From the NCBI GenBank assembly GCA_965200875.1, contig OZ241456.1:96001-160000 (forward strand): a stretch of DNA of 64,000 nucleotides, read 5' to 3'. Both the position numbers and the translations under genes were made by a program. Source of the stretch: Bdellovibrionales bacterium. GTDB taxonomy: Bacteria; Bdellovibrionota; Bdellovibrionia; Bdellovibrionales; UBA1609. Of this stretch, positions 18,632-31,102 are shown piece by piece. The notes beneath the pieces are model-generated. The model did not search any database. It was not told the DNA's origin and saw only the letters and a list, made by a program, of their open reading frames with translations. Numbering within the stretch: position 1 is the stretch's first letter; the number at the start of each line of letters is the position of its first letter.

Positions 18632-20551
18632 CTAAAAAATCCAGACAGATAAAATACAAACAATCAAACCCAAAATCATAAACAAAATATAGCTTTGCAT
18701 ATATGCTTTTTGCCAACTTTCAAAAATATTTTTTAAGGAAACCAGCCACTTTTGAATCAAAAAAATAAACCCTTGAATGAGTTTCAAATCCCCTCCCCGC
18801 CAAAGCTCATAACATATACTTAAAAAAGGCTGGACAATTTTGGAATGACAAAAAACATCCACCCTCAAGCCCTCTTCAAAAAACTTACATACTGTTTGAT
18901 TTTTTTGTTTCAGGGCGTAAAGCCATTTTACCTTATGCCGGTAAAACCAAAACACCAAACCCAAAACCAATAAAACCAAAACTGTGGATCCTGACATAAG
19001 TATAATTTCCGCAATATAAGAACCTTTAAAAGTATTATGAACCAAAACGGGCTTTAAATACATCTCCATAAAATGAGGAGGGTGCAGAGGCAACCATTCG
19101 CCTATTAAATGAGGAATGCCCAAAACCCCACCCACACAGGAAAGCAAAGCCAAAACAACCAAAGGAAATTTAAGGCAAAACCCTTTTTCCTGAGGCTTAA
19201 CTCCAGCCTTGAAACGGCTTTTTCCATAAAACACCAAAACAAACAGACGAGTCATATAAAAAACAGTCATTAAAGCGGAAAGCATAGCCAGAGAAAAAAT
19301 CCCAAAATGATCGCTCGCCAAGGCAGACCATAAAATGGCATCCTTGCTGAAAAATCCCGAAAAAGGAGGAAGACCAGCAAGAGCTAGGAACCCCATCATA
19401 AAACAAATATAAGTCCAGGGAAGAGATTTTCTTAAACCGCCCATGCGATAAATATTCTGCTCGCCCTTTAAAGCATGAATAATGACAGCAGCAGATAAAA
19501 ACAAAAGAGCTTTAAAAAAAGCATGAGTCACTAGATGAAACATAGCAGCTGTAAAAGCAGAAAGTCCCACAGCCATAAACATATATCCCAGCTGGGAGAT
19601 CGTGGAATAAGCCAGCGTTTTTTTTATATCACTTTGGGCACAGGCAATAAGAGCTGACAAAAAAGCAGTAACACCCCCTATCCAGCAGACAAGAGTCAAA
19701 ACCTCTCCAGCCTGAACAAATAAAAAACTCATTCTCACCATTAAATAAATGCCAGCTGTCACCATTGTAGCGGCATGAATCAAAGCAGAAACAGGAGTAG
19801 GACCCGCCATAGCGGAAGGAAGCCAAATATAAAGAGGAATCTGCGCCGATTTACCCAAAGCCCCCACTAATAAAAAAAAGCAAGCCCATTTTACAGACAT
19901 TACATCAAAATGTCCTGCCACCACCGAGGAGGACAAATCCCCAAAACTTAAAGAAGAAAACTGCTGAAACAAAATAAACATACCTATCAAAAAACCTGTA
20001 TCCCCAATACGATTGACAATAAAAGCTTTCAGACCTGCTAAAGCTTTTTGTTTATCCGTAAACCAAAAGCCTATCAACAGATAAGAGCAAAGCCCCACTC
20101 CTTCCCATCCCAAAAACATAAGAAGCAAGCTCTCTCCCAAAACCAAAATCATCATACTGAACAAAAAGAGATTTAAATAAGAAAAATACTTCGCTGGGCG
20201 TTTGTCGTGTGACATATAATAAACACTGAAAACATGAATTAAAAGCCCCACCCCGGTTATCACCAAAATCATCAACACACTTAAAGGATCCACCAAAAAA
20301 GAAAAAGACACTTTAAGAGACTCCAAATTCAACCATTCAAAAAAGGAATAAACCTTATAGGGAACCTGAGGGGAAGAATTTTGCACCGTGGAAAAAAACA
20401 AAAACACTGCACTTAAAAAAGAAATTAAACAAGCTCCCACTCCTATAAGAGAAGCTTTTTTAACATCCTCCCTTTGCCATCTGAGACCATTTAAAAGCGA
20501 ACCAGCAAGAGGAGCCAACAACAAACATAAAAGTACTGTTTTCACCACCAT
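18632..20551 (-). CDS. nuoL: NADH-quinone oxidoreductase subunit L
   Basis: GWEGVGLCSYLLIGFW, GKSAQIPL, AMAGPTPVSALIHAATMV; start at ATG 20551 just after nuoK stop. Confidence 0.95.
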   Translation of the reverse strand: MVVKTVLLCLLLAPLAGSLLNGLRWQREDVKKASLIGVGACLISFLSAVFLFFSTVQNSSPQVPYKVYSFFEWLNLESLKVSFSFLVDPLSVLMILVITGVGLLIHVFSVYYMSHDKRPAKYFSYLNLFLFSMMILVLGESLLLMFLGWEGVGLCSYLLIGFWFTDKQKALAGLKAFIVNRIGDTGFLIGMFILFQQFSSLSFGDLSSSVVAGHFDVMSVKWACFFLLVGALGKSAQIPLYIWLPSAMAGPTPVSALIHAATMVTAGIYLMVRMSFLFVQAGEVLTLVCWIGGVTAFLSALIACAQSDIKKTLAYSTISQLGYMFMAVGLSAFTAAMFHLVTHAFFKALLFLSAAVIIHALKGEQNIYRMGGLRKSLPWTYICFMMGFLALAGLPPFSGFFSKDAILWSALASDHFGIFSLAMLSALMTVFYMTRLFVLVFYGKSRFKAGVKPQEKGFCLKFPLVVLALLSCVGGVLGIPHLIGEWLPLHPPHFMEMYLKPVLVHNTFKGSYIAEIILMSGSTVLVLLVLGLVFWFYRHKVKWLYALKQKNQTVCKFFEEGLRVDVFCHSKIVQPFLSICYELWRGGDLKLIQGFIFLIQKWLVSLKNIFESWQKAYMQSYILFMILGLIVCILSVWIF

Positions 20552-20552
20552 A

Positions 20553-20858
20553 TCAAATGATCCCCTTCTGATTTTTTTCTGAAGAAAACAGTTTCCACTT
20601 ACGACTGATGAGCACAATAAGAGCAAGCCCCACTCCCGCCTCTCCGGCAGAAATGGTCATTACAAAAAAAGCGGCTATCTGCCCGGAAAGTAAAGAATAA
20701 AACTGGCTAAAAGCCACAAACGAAAGATTAACCGCGTTTAACATTAACTCTATACTCATTAATATAACTAGGAGATTTCGCCGGGTCATAACCCCAAAGA
20801 GGCCAATTGCAAACAAAAGAAAAGACACTATCAAAAAATGATTTAATCCTGGTTCCAT
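20553..20858 (-). CDS. nuoK: NADH-quinone oxidoreductase subunit K
   Basis: RRNLLVILMSIELMLNA, AGEAGVGLAL. Confidence 0.95.
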   Translation of the reverse strand: MEPGLNHFLIVSFLLFAIGLFGVMTRRNLLVILMSIELMLNAVNLSFVAFSQFYSLLSGQIAAFFVMTISAGEAGVGLALIVLISRKWKLFSSEKNQKGII

Positions 20859-20893
20859 ATTTTTTCCTCAAAAGCCTTTCTATTAAAAAAAAC

Positions 20894-21421
20894 TCACGAT
20901 ATTGTTTTTTCCGGGAGCGAAAAAGAGCGATCTTTTGATCGACAAAGAATTGCCACCCCCACTGCAATCAACAAAAGAAAAACTCCCAATACTTCAAACA
21001 AAAAAATATATTCGGTAAAAAGCAGGTAAGAAAGCTCTTTCGTGGAGCTTGACTGAAGTTCTTCAGCAAAACGAAGACTTCTTAAATGAAGAGACAAAGG
21101 AAAAGTTCCTACCACCAGACCTGTCAGAAAAAACAAACAGGAAAGGGCGGGCCATAAACCTTTGTTGAATAAACGAGATTCTTCTCTTTTCAAATCAAAA
21201 AGCATCACCACCATCACAAATAAAACCATTACCGCACCGGCGTACACCACTACCTGCACCCCCGCTATAAAATGTGCCCCCAAAATGAAAAAAAGACCGG
21301 CCAAAGCCAACATGGAGCCTGCCAAATGTAAAGCACAAATCACCAAATCCCTCTGAGAAACTGTAATCAAAGCCCCATAAATTGTTAAGAAAGAAAAAAA
21401 ATAAAATAAAATCTCAGACAT
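20894..21421 (-). CDS. nuoJ: NADH-quinone oxidoreductase subunit J
   Basis: QVVVYAGAVMVLFVMVVML. Confidence 0.93.
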   Translation of the reverse strand: MSEILFYFFSFLTIYGALITVSQRDLVICALHLAGSMLALAGLFFILGAHFIAGVQVVVYAGAVMVLFVMVVMLFDLKREESRLFNKGLWPALSCLFFLTGLVVGTFPLSLHLRSLRFAEELQSSSTKELSYLLFTEYIFLFEVLGVFLLLIAVGVAILCRSKDRSFSLPEKTIS

Positions 21422-21445
21422 ATTTTAAACCCCAGTTTTAAGTTA

Positions 21446-22594
21446 TTAAGACCGCATTAAAAAAATCCAAATTCCGGTAACAAGAGTGTTTGCCAAAGCC
21501 CACGGCAAAAGGGTTTTCCAACCCAGAGCCATTAGTTGATCATATCGAAATCGCGGTAAAGTCCATCGCACCCATATAAATAACCAAAGAAAAAAAAGCA
21601 ATTTCAACATAAACACTCCATGCAAAATAAAAGCTGTTAAAATACTGTTGGCTGTGGGAGAAAAAGAAGCTAGCAAAGTGTTTAATTTTTCAGGAGTTAA
21701 AAACGGCCAGAAGGTATATCCTCCAAAATAAAAAGTCACCATCAGGGCAGAAGCCACCAGCATGTGGCCATATTCCCCCATATAAAACATAATGATTTTC
21801 ACTCCACTGTATTCCGTATGATAACCGGCCACCAACTCCGCTTCCGCTTCCGGTAAATCAAAAGGCAGGCGGTTTGCCTCTGCAAATAAAGCCACAAAAA
21901 ACAACAGCGCGCCCAAAGGCTGATAAAAAATACCCCAGTTAGGCAAAAAAGAAAAAGTAACAGCTTGGCCAAAAAAATGAAAGGAAAGGGGACCACTTTG
22001 TAAAGCCACTATTTCCGAAAAATGAAAAGTGTTAAAAAGCAACAGCACTCCCACCAAAGAAAGACTTAAGGCTAGCTCATAACTGATGGCCTGAGCACTG
22101 GCCCTAAGAGCCCCATAAAGAGAAAACTTACTGCCTGAAGACCAACCAGCCAATAAAAGAGCATATACCGCAAGAGAGCTTACTCCCAGAACAAAGACAA
22201 TGCCGATACCCATTACAAAAGACTGAAAATAAAAGGTATAAGGGCCCCATGTTCTGCTCAACCATTCAAAAGCCTCCACGGAAACAGGGGTAGAAAGAGG
22301 AATCGCTCCAAAAGCTAAAGCCGCGGGAATAAGAGAAAAAATAGGGGCCAGATAAAAAAAATTTTTTCGGCCCTTTTGCCCTAAAAAATCCTCTTTACAC
22401 AAAAATTTTACCAAATCCGCCAGATTTTGCACAAGACCCAAAGGACCAATACGATTTGGCCCAAAGCGATTTTGAATAAAAGCAGACCCTCGTCTCTCCA
22501 CCCAAACCAAAAGCGGAACCATTTGCACCATTAGCAAAAAAATAACAGCAATTTTAATAAAATTAACTGTTACTTCAAAAAAATCCATTCCCAT
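21446..22594 (-). CDS. nuoH: NADH-quinone oxidoreductase subunit H
   Basis: ERR...RFGPNRIGP, NRLPFDLPEAEAELVAGY, RWTLPRFRYDQLM. Confidence 0.96.
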   Translation of the reverse strand: MGMDFFEVTVNFIKIAVIFLLMVQMVPLLVWVERRGSAFIQNRFGPNRIGPLGLVQNLADLVKFLCKEDFLGQKGRKNFFYLAPIFSLIPAALAFGAIPLSTPVSVEAFEWLSRTWGPYTFYFQSFVMGIGIVFVLGVSSLAVYALLLAGWSSGSKFSLYGALRASAQAISYELALSLSLVGVLLLFNTFHFSEIVALQSGPLSFHFFGQAVTFSFLPNWGIFYQPLGALLFFVALFAEANRLPFDLPEAEAELVAGYHTEYSGVKIIMFYMGEYGHMLVASALMVTFYFGGYTFWPFLTPEKLNTLLASFSPTANSILTAFILHGVFMLKLLFFLWLFIWVRWTLPRFRYDQLMALGWKTLLPWALANTLVTGIWIFLMRS

Positions 22595-22597
22595 TTT

Positions 22598-22975
22598 TTA
22601 TTTCCACTGAAGGGCTTTGGAAAATATTTCCCAAATCAAACCATATATAAAAATAAAAAGAAATATTGTCACAGCCAAAAGAGCTTCCAAACCCTGCCCT
22701 CGATCCATCAAATCCTTAAAAGACAAAGCCCAAGGATAGAGAAAAATTATTTCTATATCAAACAAAATAAACAAAATTGCTGTCAGATAAAATTGAACCG
22801 GTACCTTGGAGCTTTCCTGTTCCTCGGCTTTCAGACCACATTCATAAGGAAGACTCTTAGCCGGACTGGCCGGGGCTTTTACTTTGGCTCCAAACCATCT
22901 AACAGCTATCAACATCAACGCTCCAAAAGTAACGACAATCAATACACACACCAAAACCGGCATTAAAGAGTTCAT
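22598..22975 (-). CDS. nuoA: NADH-quinone oxidoreductase subunit A
   Basis: PYECG, FYLTAILFILFDIEIIFLYPWA. Confidence 0.95.
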   Translation of the reverse strand: MNSLMPVLVCVLIVVTFGALMLIAVRWFGAKVKAPASPAKSLPYECGLKAEEQESSKVPVQFYLTAILFILFDIEIIFLYPWALSFKDLMDRGQGLEALLAVTIFLFIFIYGLIWEIFSKALQWK

Positions 22976-23214
22976 ATTTTTTCACCTTGATTTTTAAATC
23001 CCACTCCGGCAAAAAGTTTAAACTGGATCAATATAAAATACAAGTGAGGTTCTGCCGACTCCAAAAGGACTTTCACTCCTGTTGGATTTTCAACAAAAGA
23101 GAGTGTTCAAAACCCCGGAACTAGGAATTGAAACCAAAGGAGCGAAAAAGAACATTAAAAACTTTGCCAAAAAGATACAATATATGTTTTCTTTGTTTTC
23201 AAAAAACTTCAGGT

Positions 23215-26200
23215 ATGAGAATACAAACAACAGAAACTTATAATCCCTCTCAAGATGAGTTTTCCACTTGGCTTAAGAATTTAAACACCGGCCAAACAAA
23301 GAAAATCCCGGCTCAAACTCACCCTTTTCTCATTGCTTATTTACTGCATCACACAGAAAATACAGGCCCTCACATTCTGATTTCCTCTGAAAAAAAGCTC
23401 CTTTTAAAAATCCAGTCAGCTTTGTCATTTTTTGAGCCGGAACAAAAAGGTCTCTTTTTTGAGAAAAATCTTTATTCTCTGCAAGAGAACTTAAACCCCT
23501 TTGATCAAAAGGAGTTTCTTCGGATTAAAAGCTTGGTCCAGGCCCAGGGAGCTTCCCGGGCAGATGTTTTTTTTATGAACCCAATAACTCTTTTTCAAAG
23601 AGTTATTTCTCCAGCCCTGCTTAAAAAAAAGCTTTTCAAATTGAAAAAAGGGCATCCATTACCAGAGTTTTTTTTCCACTCTTTAAAAAGCCTAGGTTAT
23701 CAAAGCCGGGATCGGGTGGAACAAGCCGGGGAGTTTTCCCGGAGAGGGTTTGTACTGGATATTTTTTGTCCTCTCTCCGGGCCTTTGCGAATAGAGCTTA
23801 TGGGAGATGAAATAATACAGATAAAAAAGTTTTCTCTGAACACACAATTAAGCTTTCAAAAAATAAATTCAGCACTTATTGCACCTGCTAAAGAGTGGAG
23901 TGTCTATGATAAAAAAGACTCGTGGCAAAAAATAAGGAGCAGGTTTTTCGACCAAGGAAAAGAAAAAAACAAGTTTTCTTTTTTGGAATGGGAGCACTTT
24001 TTGCAAAAGGGTCTTTCCGCTTTTTATACAAAGGAGTCTTCCCTTCATCAAAAACCTGATTTCTTTTCCAAAAACCCTGATGAAATATATTCTTTTTTAG
24101 CCACCTGGAAAGCCGCTTTTATCCATAAATCCCCGTTCAATATTTTAGATCATTTTTCTTTTCCCCCTCTTGTCTGGTATCTAGATCCATTGGAATTTTC
24201 GCTCAAAAAAGCGGAAGAGCTGGATGAAAGTCCCGAAAAGTCAACAAGCCCTTTCGGCTTGGAAAAAGAAGCTCTGTACCTTTCCAGCTGGAAGAAAGAA
24301 AATCTTCGGGAAGTTATTTTTACCCCTCCCACTTATTCATCTGTTTCCAACTCTCCGGCCTTTTCAGACTCTTTTTCTTTAAAAAAACTTTTTAAAACCC
24401 CGGACTGGCCCTTGCAAATAAAAAAACTAAGAGAAAAGGGAATGCTGGTCTTCCTCTCTTTCGAAAAAGAAAAAAACAAAGCTTTGCTTAAGCGAGCTTT
24501 ATCTGATTTTGAGATGAACATAAAAAACGAATCCTCTTGGATGCAAATGAAAGAAGAACAGGAAAAAAATGTTCTCAATTTACATTTAATACAAAGTTTC
24601 ACGGAAAAAAACCTGATATGGCCGGCGGAAAACATCATCATTTTAAAAGAAAGTGCCCTAGCCCTCCCTCTAAGGAACACTGATGAGGAAAGTCCAGCCC
24701 CTTCAAATCATTTTCCACGAAAAAATTTGATCCCGGAAAACAAAAGTTTAAAACCCTTTAAAACCCGTGATTTTTTCTCCAAAAACCTGCAAGTCAAAAG
24801 CTTTCATTTTGCGGAACTTAAACCTGGGGATTTAGTGATACATAAGCATCATGGCATTGGGCTTTTCAAAACTCTGGATATTTTAAATTTCGGAACCGGG
24901 AAAAATGAATTTCTGGTTTTAGAATATAAAGATGGAGACCTGCTTTATGTTCCCGTTTATGCCCTTCATCAAGTGCAAAAGCGCGCAACCCCTACTTCCC
25001 CATTGAATCAGCACCTGTTGGATAAACTGGGCAGTACCCGGTGGCTGAACACAAAGAAAAAAGCCAAAGAGCAAATTAAAAATATCACTCAGGAGTTGAT
25101 AAATTTATATAGCCTCAGAACTTCCATAAAAAGAAAAAAATTTTCTGCCATTAGCGAAAGTTTTGAAAAATTTTCCACGGAATTTCCTTTTCAGGAAACC
25201 CCGGACCAGCAAAAAGCCATTGAAGATATTTTGCAGGACTTAATAAAAAAAGATCGCCCTGCGGACAGGCTAATCTGTGGAGACACCGGCTTTGGAAAAA
25301 CAGAAGTGGCCATGCGAGCGAGCTTCAAAGTGATAGAGGACGGATATCAGGTGTGTCTTATCGCACCCACCACTCTTTTGAGTTTCCAACACTTTGAACG
25401 ATTTAAAGAAAGGTTTGCAAACTGGCCGGTGACTTTACGCATGCTTAACCGCTTCACCTCCACAAAAGAGCAAAAACAAATTTTAAAAGAAATAAAAGAA
25501 GGAAAAACAGATATTGTAATTGGTACACACAGGCTCTTAAGCCGAGACATTTATTTTAAAAATCTGGGGCTTTTGATCATTGATGAAGAGCATTTGTTCG
25601 GTGTAAAAAACAAGGAAAAAATCAAAAACTGGTATTCTCATGTAGACACCATAAATCTTTCCGCCACACCTATTCCTAGAAGTTTCAGCATGAGCCTTGG
25701 AGGACTAAGAGATATGAGCCTTATTCTCACTCCTCCTATAAACCGAAAACCCGTGGAAACCTCCATCAATATTTTTAAAGAAGATCTGATAAAAAAAGCT
25801 CTCTTAAAAGAATTAAACCGCAAAGGGCAAATTATTTTTATTCATAATCGCATTGCCAATATTTACGACATGGAAAGAAAATTAAAAGCTCTTTTACCTT
25901 CACTCCGCCTTCGAACCGCCCACGGAAAAATGGATAAATTACAGGAAAAAATAGCTCTGGATTTTTTTCAGCAAAAATTCGATCTTCTGCTTTGCACCAC
26001 TATCGTGGAATCAGGAATGGACTTTCCGGGAGCTAATACCTTGTTTATTCATCATGCCGAACAATTTGGTCTTTCGGAGCTTCATCAGTTAAGGGGGCGA
26101 GTGGGTCGCTCGGAAAGAAATGCTTACTGCTACCTATTGATTCCCTCTGAAAAAAAAGTGTCTCAATCAGCTATGGAGCGGTTAAAAATCATCCAAGAAA

Positions 26201-26811
26201 ACAATCAACCAGGAGCAGGAATTATGATTGCCCAGCATGATTTAGAAATGCGGGGGGCGGGTGAACTTATGGGTCGAGAACAATCAGGTTTTTTCAAGGA
26301 TATAGGCTATGAAATGTATTTTGAGCTTTTAAGGGAAAATATCTCTCTTTCAAAAAACAAAGAGTATATACCAGCACCAGAGCCGGAATTTAAGATCAAT
26401 GAGTCTGCTTTTATTCCTGAAAACCACATTCCCCATAAAAAAGTCCGCATGCTATTTTATAAAAAACTGTCCTTAGCGGGTTCTGCAAAAGAAATCGAGA
26501 CCATTCAGGAAGAATTAAAAGATTTTGCAGGCCCTTTGCCTATTGAAGGGGAAAACCTTATTTTACTCAGTCATTGTCGCATTATAGCCAAGGCCGGACA
26601 CATAAGAGAGCTTTCCCATCGTCATCCTTTTCTTTACATAAGCCTAGCGGAAAGCACACCTCTTCCAACTTCAAAAATCCTAAAATGGATTGAAGAAGGA
26701 GTTTGTCAGTGGCAAAACAAAGAAACCTTAAAATTTTTTATGGAAGAAGAAAGCCTTTTGGCAGTGTGGGAACTTTTAAAGAAGCGATTTGGAGAACTGT
26801 TAAAAAATTAG
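23215..26811 (+). CDS. mfd: transcription-repair coupling factor Mfd
   Basis: UvrB-like GEFSRRG, RID domain (HGIG), GDTGFGKT, DEEH, SATPIPR, QLRGRVGRS, TRG DLEMRGAG; start uncertain (23128 or 23215). Confidence 0.93.
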   Translation: MRIQTTETYNPSQDEFSTWLKNLNTGQTKKIPAQTHPFLIAYLLHHTENTGPHILISSEKKLLLKIQSALSFFEPEQKGLFFEKNLYSLQENLNPFDQKEFLRIKSLVQAQGASRADVFFMNPITLFQRVISPALLKKKLFKLKKGHPLPEFFFHSLKSLGYQSRDRVEQAGEFSRRGFVLDIFCPLSGPLRIELMGDEIIQIKKFSLNTQLSFQKINSALIAPAKEWSVYDKKDSWQKIRSRFFDQGKEKNKFSFLEWEHFLQKGLSAFYTKESSLHQKPDFFSKNPDEIYSFLATWKAAFIHKSPFNILDHFSFPPLVWYLDPLEFSLKKAEELDESPEKSTSPFGLEKEALYLSSWKKENLREVIFTPPTYSSVSNSPAFSDSFSLKKLFKTPDWPLQIKKLREKGMLVFLSFEKEKNKALLKRALSDFEMNIKNESSWMQMKEEQEKNVLNLHLIQSFTEKNLIWPAENIIILKESALALPLRNTDEESPAPSNHFPRKNLIPENKSLKPFKTRDFFSKNLQVKSFHFAELKPGDLVIHKHHGIGLFKTLDILNFGTGKNEFLVLEYKDGDLLYVPVYALHQVQKRATPTSPLNQHLLDKLGSTRWLNTKKKAKEQIKNITQELINLYSLRTSIKRKKFSAISESFEKFSTEFPFQETPDQQKAIEDILQDLIKKDRPADRLICGDTGFGKTEVAMRASFKVIEDGYQVCLIAPTTLLSFQHFERFKERFANWPVTLRMLNRFTSTKEQKQILKEIKEGKTDIVIGTHRLLSRDIYFKNLGLLIIDEEHLFGVKNKEKIKNWYSHVDTINLSATPIPRSFSMSLGGLRDMSLILTPPINRKPVETSINIFKEDLIKKALLKELNRKGQIIFIHNRIANIYDMERKLKALLPSLRLRTAHGKMDKLQEKIALDFFQQKFDLLLCTTIVESGMDFPGANTLFIHHAEQFGLSELHQLRGRVGRSERNAYCYLLIPSEKKVSQSAMERLKIIQENNQPGAGIMIAQHDLEMRGAGELMGREQSGFFKDIGYEMYFELLRENISLSKNKEYIPAPEPEFKINESAFIPENHIPHKKVRMLFYKKLSLAGSAKEIETIQEELKDFAGPLPIEGENLILLSHCRIIAKAGHIRELSHRHPFLYISLAESTPLPTSKILKWIEEGVCQWQNKETLKFFMEEESLLAVWELLKKRFGELLKN

Positions 26812-26833
26812 ATCTTAAAAAAACCACTGTTAT

Positions 26834-27232
26834 TCAGTCTAGGATTTTTAAAAAAGTTCTTTGTTTTTGTTCTTCCTGTCTTAATTTTCTTATCTCATCT
26901 GGGGAAAGATGAGGATCTTTTAATTTGTCCAAAATATCCTGCAAAGTTTTCTCTGCTTTATGCTTTTTAAGCTCTTTTTTTGTTTCTGCTGACTCTGCCA
27001 GAATTATTACTTTTTCTGCTTGAACTTCCACATAACCCCAGCTTATAGCAATTTCCTTAAAGTTTTTTTCTGTTGGCAAAAGATATTTTAAAACCCCGGA
27101 ACCAAGAGTCGAAACCAAAGGAGCGTGGCCGGGCAAAATTCCTATTTCCCCTTTTTCTCCAGGAACCAAAAGCTCTTTTACCAAGAGAGCCTCCAACACT
27201 ATTTTTTCAGGAGTCACCACAGTCAATTTCAT
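26834..27232 (-). CDS. atpC: ATP synthase F1 epsilon
   Basis: VVTPE, GILPGHAP, ILAE; follows atpD. Confidence 0.93.
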   Translation of the reverse strand: MKLTVVTPEKIVLEALLVKELLVPGEKGEIGILPGHAPLVSTLGSGVLKYLLPTEKNFKEIAISWGYVEVQAEKVIILAESAETKKELKKHKAEKTLQDILDKLKDPHLSPDEIRKLRQEEQKQRTFLKILD

Positions 27233-27250
27233 CTGTTCCTCAAGAGATCA

Positions 27251-28693
<1,443 letters not shown>

Positions 28694-29566
28694 TTATCCA
28701 TTTTTAAGAGCTTCCGCGCCTGAGCTTACTTCTATCAGCTCAGTGGTAATGGCACTTTGTCTCATTTTGTTAAAAGTCAAGGTCAGACGTGAGATAATAT
28801 CTCTCGCGTTTTTTGTGGCGTTTTCCATAGAAGTTCTGCGAGCACCATACTCTCCGGCCACACTTTCACACATACAACGATAAACCTGCACGGTAAAATG
28901 TTTTTTTATCAAATGCTCCAGCAACTCTTCTGGGGGTGTTTCAAAAATCAGATCTTGGGAAAAACGCTCCTGCTGTCTTAAAGAGGCTTTAGAAATATCC
29001 ACTGGCAAAAAAAGCTCCCGCTCCACTTTCTGAGAGATAACAGACTTAAAACTATTATACACAAAATAAATTCCATCGTACTTTCCATTTCCAAAACTTT
29101 CCATCAGCTTATGAGCCACTTTACCAGCCAGCGGATAGGAAATTTCCCGATCCAAATTAAACATCTCATCCACTGGAGCGATATTTCTAAACTGAAAATA
29201 ATTTTTGGCTTTCTTTCCTATGAAAAAAAAATCCATCTCATATTCTTTATGGGAGTGATAAAATTTTTCTGCAAAACGACAAATATTATTGTTAAAGCCT
29301 CCACAAAGTCCGCGATCAGAGGTCAAAACCACTAAAAGGACTTTTTTCAACCTGTCTTTTTTTCTCAAAAGGGGATGGTGAACCTTACAGGAAAGAGCCA
29401 CATCCGCCATAACAGACAAAATGTTTTCCGCATACGGGCGCAAATTTAAAATCCGTGCCTGAGCTTTTTTAAGCTTGGCCGTTGCCACCATTTTCATGGC
29501 TTGGGTGATCTGCTCTGTGTTTTTAACACTTACAATGCGACTTCTGATCTTTTTTAATCCACTCAT
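28694..29566 (-). CDS. atpG: ATP synthase F1 gamma
   Basis: ITQAMKMVA, TSDRGLCG, RQSAITTELIE. Confidence 0.97.
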   Translation of the reverse strand: MSGLKKIRSRIVSVKNTEQITQAMKMVATAKLKKAQARILNLRPYAENILSVMADVALSCKVHHPLLRKKDRLKKVLLVVLTSDRGLCGGFNNNICRFAEKFYHSHKEYEMDFFFIGKKAKNYFQFRNIAPVDEMFNLDREISYPLAGKVAHKLMESFGNGKYDGIYFVYNSFKSVISQKVERELFLPVDISKASLRQQERFSQDLIFETPPEELLEHLIKKHFTVQVYRCMCESVAGEYGARRTSMENATKNARDIISRLTLTFNKMRQSAITTELIEVSSGAEALKNG

Positions 29567-29593
29567 TTATATTTTTACTCCCGGAAAAATTTT

Positions 29594-31102
29594 TCAGGAT
29601 TTAAAAACAGCTTTAAACTCTTGAAGAGTTTCTTTTATTTGTTCTTCTGTTTTTTCTGTAATCTTTTTTTCCTTTTTGATTCCAAGTAGTAATTCTGAAT
29701 ACCGGGTTTTTAAAAATTCTCTTAACTCCTTTTCGTAATCCAATACTTTTTTCTCAGGCAATGAATCCAGATAACCTTTTGTCGCTGAATAAATAAGCAC
29801 TATTTGCATTTCTATACTTAAAGGCTCTCCCTGACCTTGTTTTAAAATTTCCACCAACCTGCGCCCTCTTTCCAGCTGAGCCTGAGAGACTTTATCTAAA
29901 TCAGAGGCAAAAGCGGAAAAAGCCTCCAAAGCGCGAAACTGCGCAAGCTCCAGCTTTAAACTTCCCGCCACCTGCTTTATGGCTTTAATTTGTGCAGCCC
30001 CTCCCACTCGAGAAACCGACTTCCCAACATGGATGGCCGGACGAATACCCTTATGAAAAAGATCTGTCTCCAAAAAGATCTGTCCATCTGTAATAGAAAT
30101 TACATTAGTGGGAATGTAAGCGGAAATATCCCCAGCTTGAGTTTCAATGATGGGAAGAGCTGTAAGAGAGCCTCCTCCCTCTTTATCGCTCATTTTCGCC
30201 GCTCGCTCCAGAAGGCGGGAGTGAATATAAAAAATATCTCCTGGAAAAGCCTCCCGGCCAGGAGGTCTACGAAGTAACAAAGAGATTTGACGATAAGCCT
30301 GAGCCTGCTTGGTAAGATCATCATAAATGATAAGCGCGTGTTCCCCCTTATCCCTGAAGTATTCTGCCATAGCCACGCCCGCATAAGGGGCCAGAAATTG
30401 CAAGGGGGCAGGATCAGAGGCTCCGGCGGAAATGACTGTGGTGTAGTCCATAGCTCCGGCTTTCCTAAGCCTTTCCACTACTCCCGCCAAAGTGGATCTT
30501 TTCTGTCCTATAGCCACATAAAAACATTTAACATCTTTTCCTTTTTGATGAATAATACTGTCTATGGCAATAGCGGTTTTTCCCGTCTGCCGGTCTCCTA
30601 TAATCAGCTCTCTTTGTCCACGACCAATGGGAATAAGAGCATCAATGGCTTTGATTCCTGTTTGAAGAGGTTCGAACACAGGTTGCCGACTGATAATTCC
30701 TGGTGCTTTTCTCTCCACTTCCAAAAAATCCGTGGTCTTCAAAGGACCTAAACCATCCAAAGGACGCCCCAACACATCCACGACTCTTCCTAGGGTAGCG
30801 GGTCCCACGGGAACCTGAACAATTTTCCCTGTTCTTCTAACTTCTGCTCCTTCAAAAACTTCCTGATCTTCTCCTAAAATCACGACTCCAAGACTGTCTT
30901 TTTCCAGATTAAACACCATTCCAAACAGATCTTCCGAAAAAGACACCAATTCCCCTGCCTGCACCTTCTCTAAACCATAAACCCGACATACACCATCTCC
31001 AACAGAGATGGCCTGCCCCACTTCCTGATGGGAAATTTCTTTCTCATAGTTTTGAATTTGCGTCTTTAGTATCCGACTTATTTCACTGGCTTGCATGGTC
31101 AT
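29594..31102 (-). CDS. atpA: ATP synthase F1 alpha
   Basis: [20 protein letters not shown]. Confidence 0.98.
   Translation of the reverse strand: MTMQASEISRILKTQIQNYEKEISHQEVGQAISVGDGVCRVYGLEKVQAGELVSFSEDLFGMVFNLEKDSLGVVILGEDQEVFEGAEVRRTGKIVQVPVGPATLGRVVDVLGRPLDGLGPLKTTDFLEVERKAPGIISRQPVFEPLQTGIKAIDALIPIGRGQRELIIGDRQTGKTAIAIDSIIHQKGKDVKCFYVAIGQKRSTLAGVVERLRKAGAMDYTTVISAGASDPAPLQFLAPYAGVAMAEYFRDKGEHALIIYDDLTKQAQAYRQISLLLRRPPGREAFPGDIFYIHSRLLERAAKMSDKEGGGSLTALPIIETQAGDISAYIPTNVISITDGQIFLETDLFHKGIRPAIHVGKSVSRVGGAAQIKAIKQVAGSLKLELAQFRALEAFSAFASDLDKVSQAQLERGRRLVEILKQGQGEPLSIEMQIVLIYSATKGYLDSLPEKKVLDYEKELREFLKTRYSELLLGIKKEKKITEKTEEQIKETLQEFKAVFKS

Noticed and set aside
23040..23127. Stem-loop (CACTC-TGTTG...CAACA-GAGTG) between nuoA and mfd as a tRNA or riboswitch
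   Set aside because: No cloverleaf, T-loop/CCA or recognisable riboswitch core
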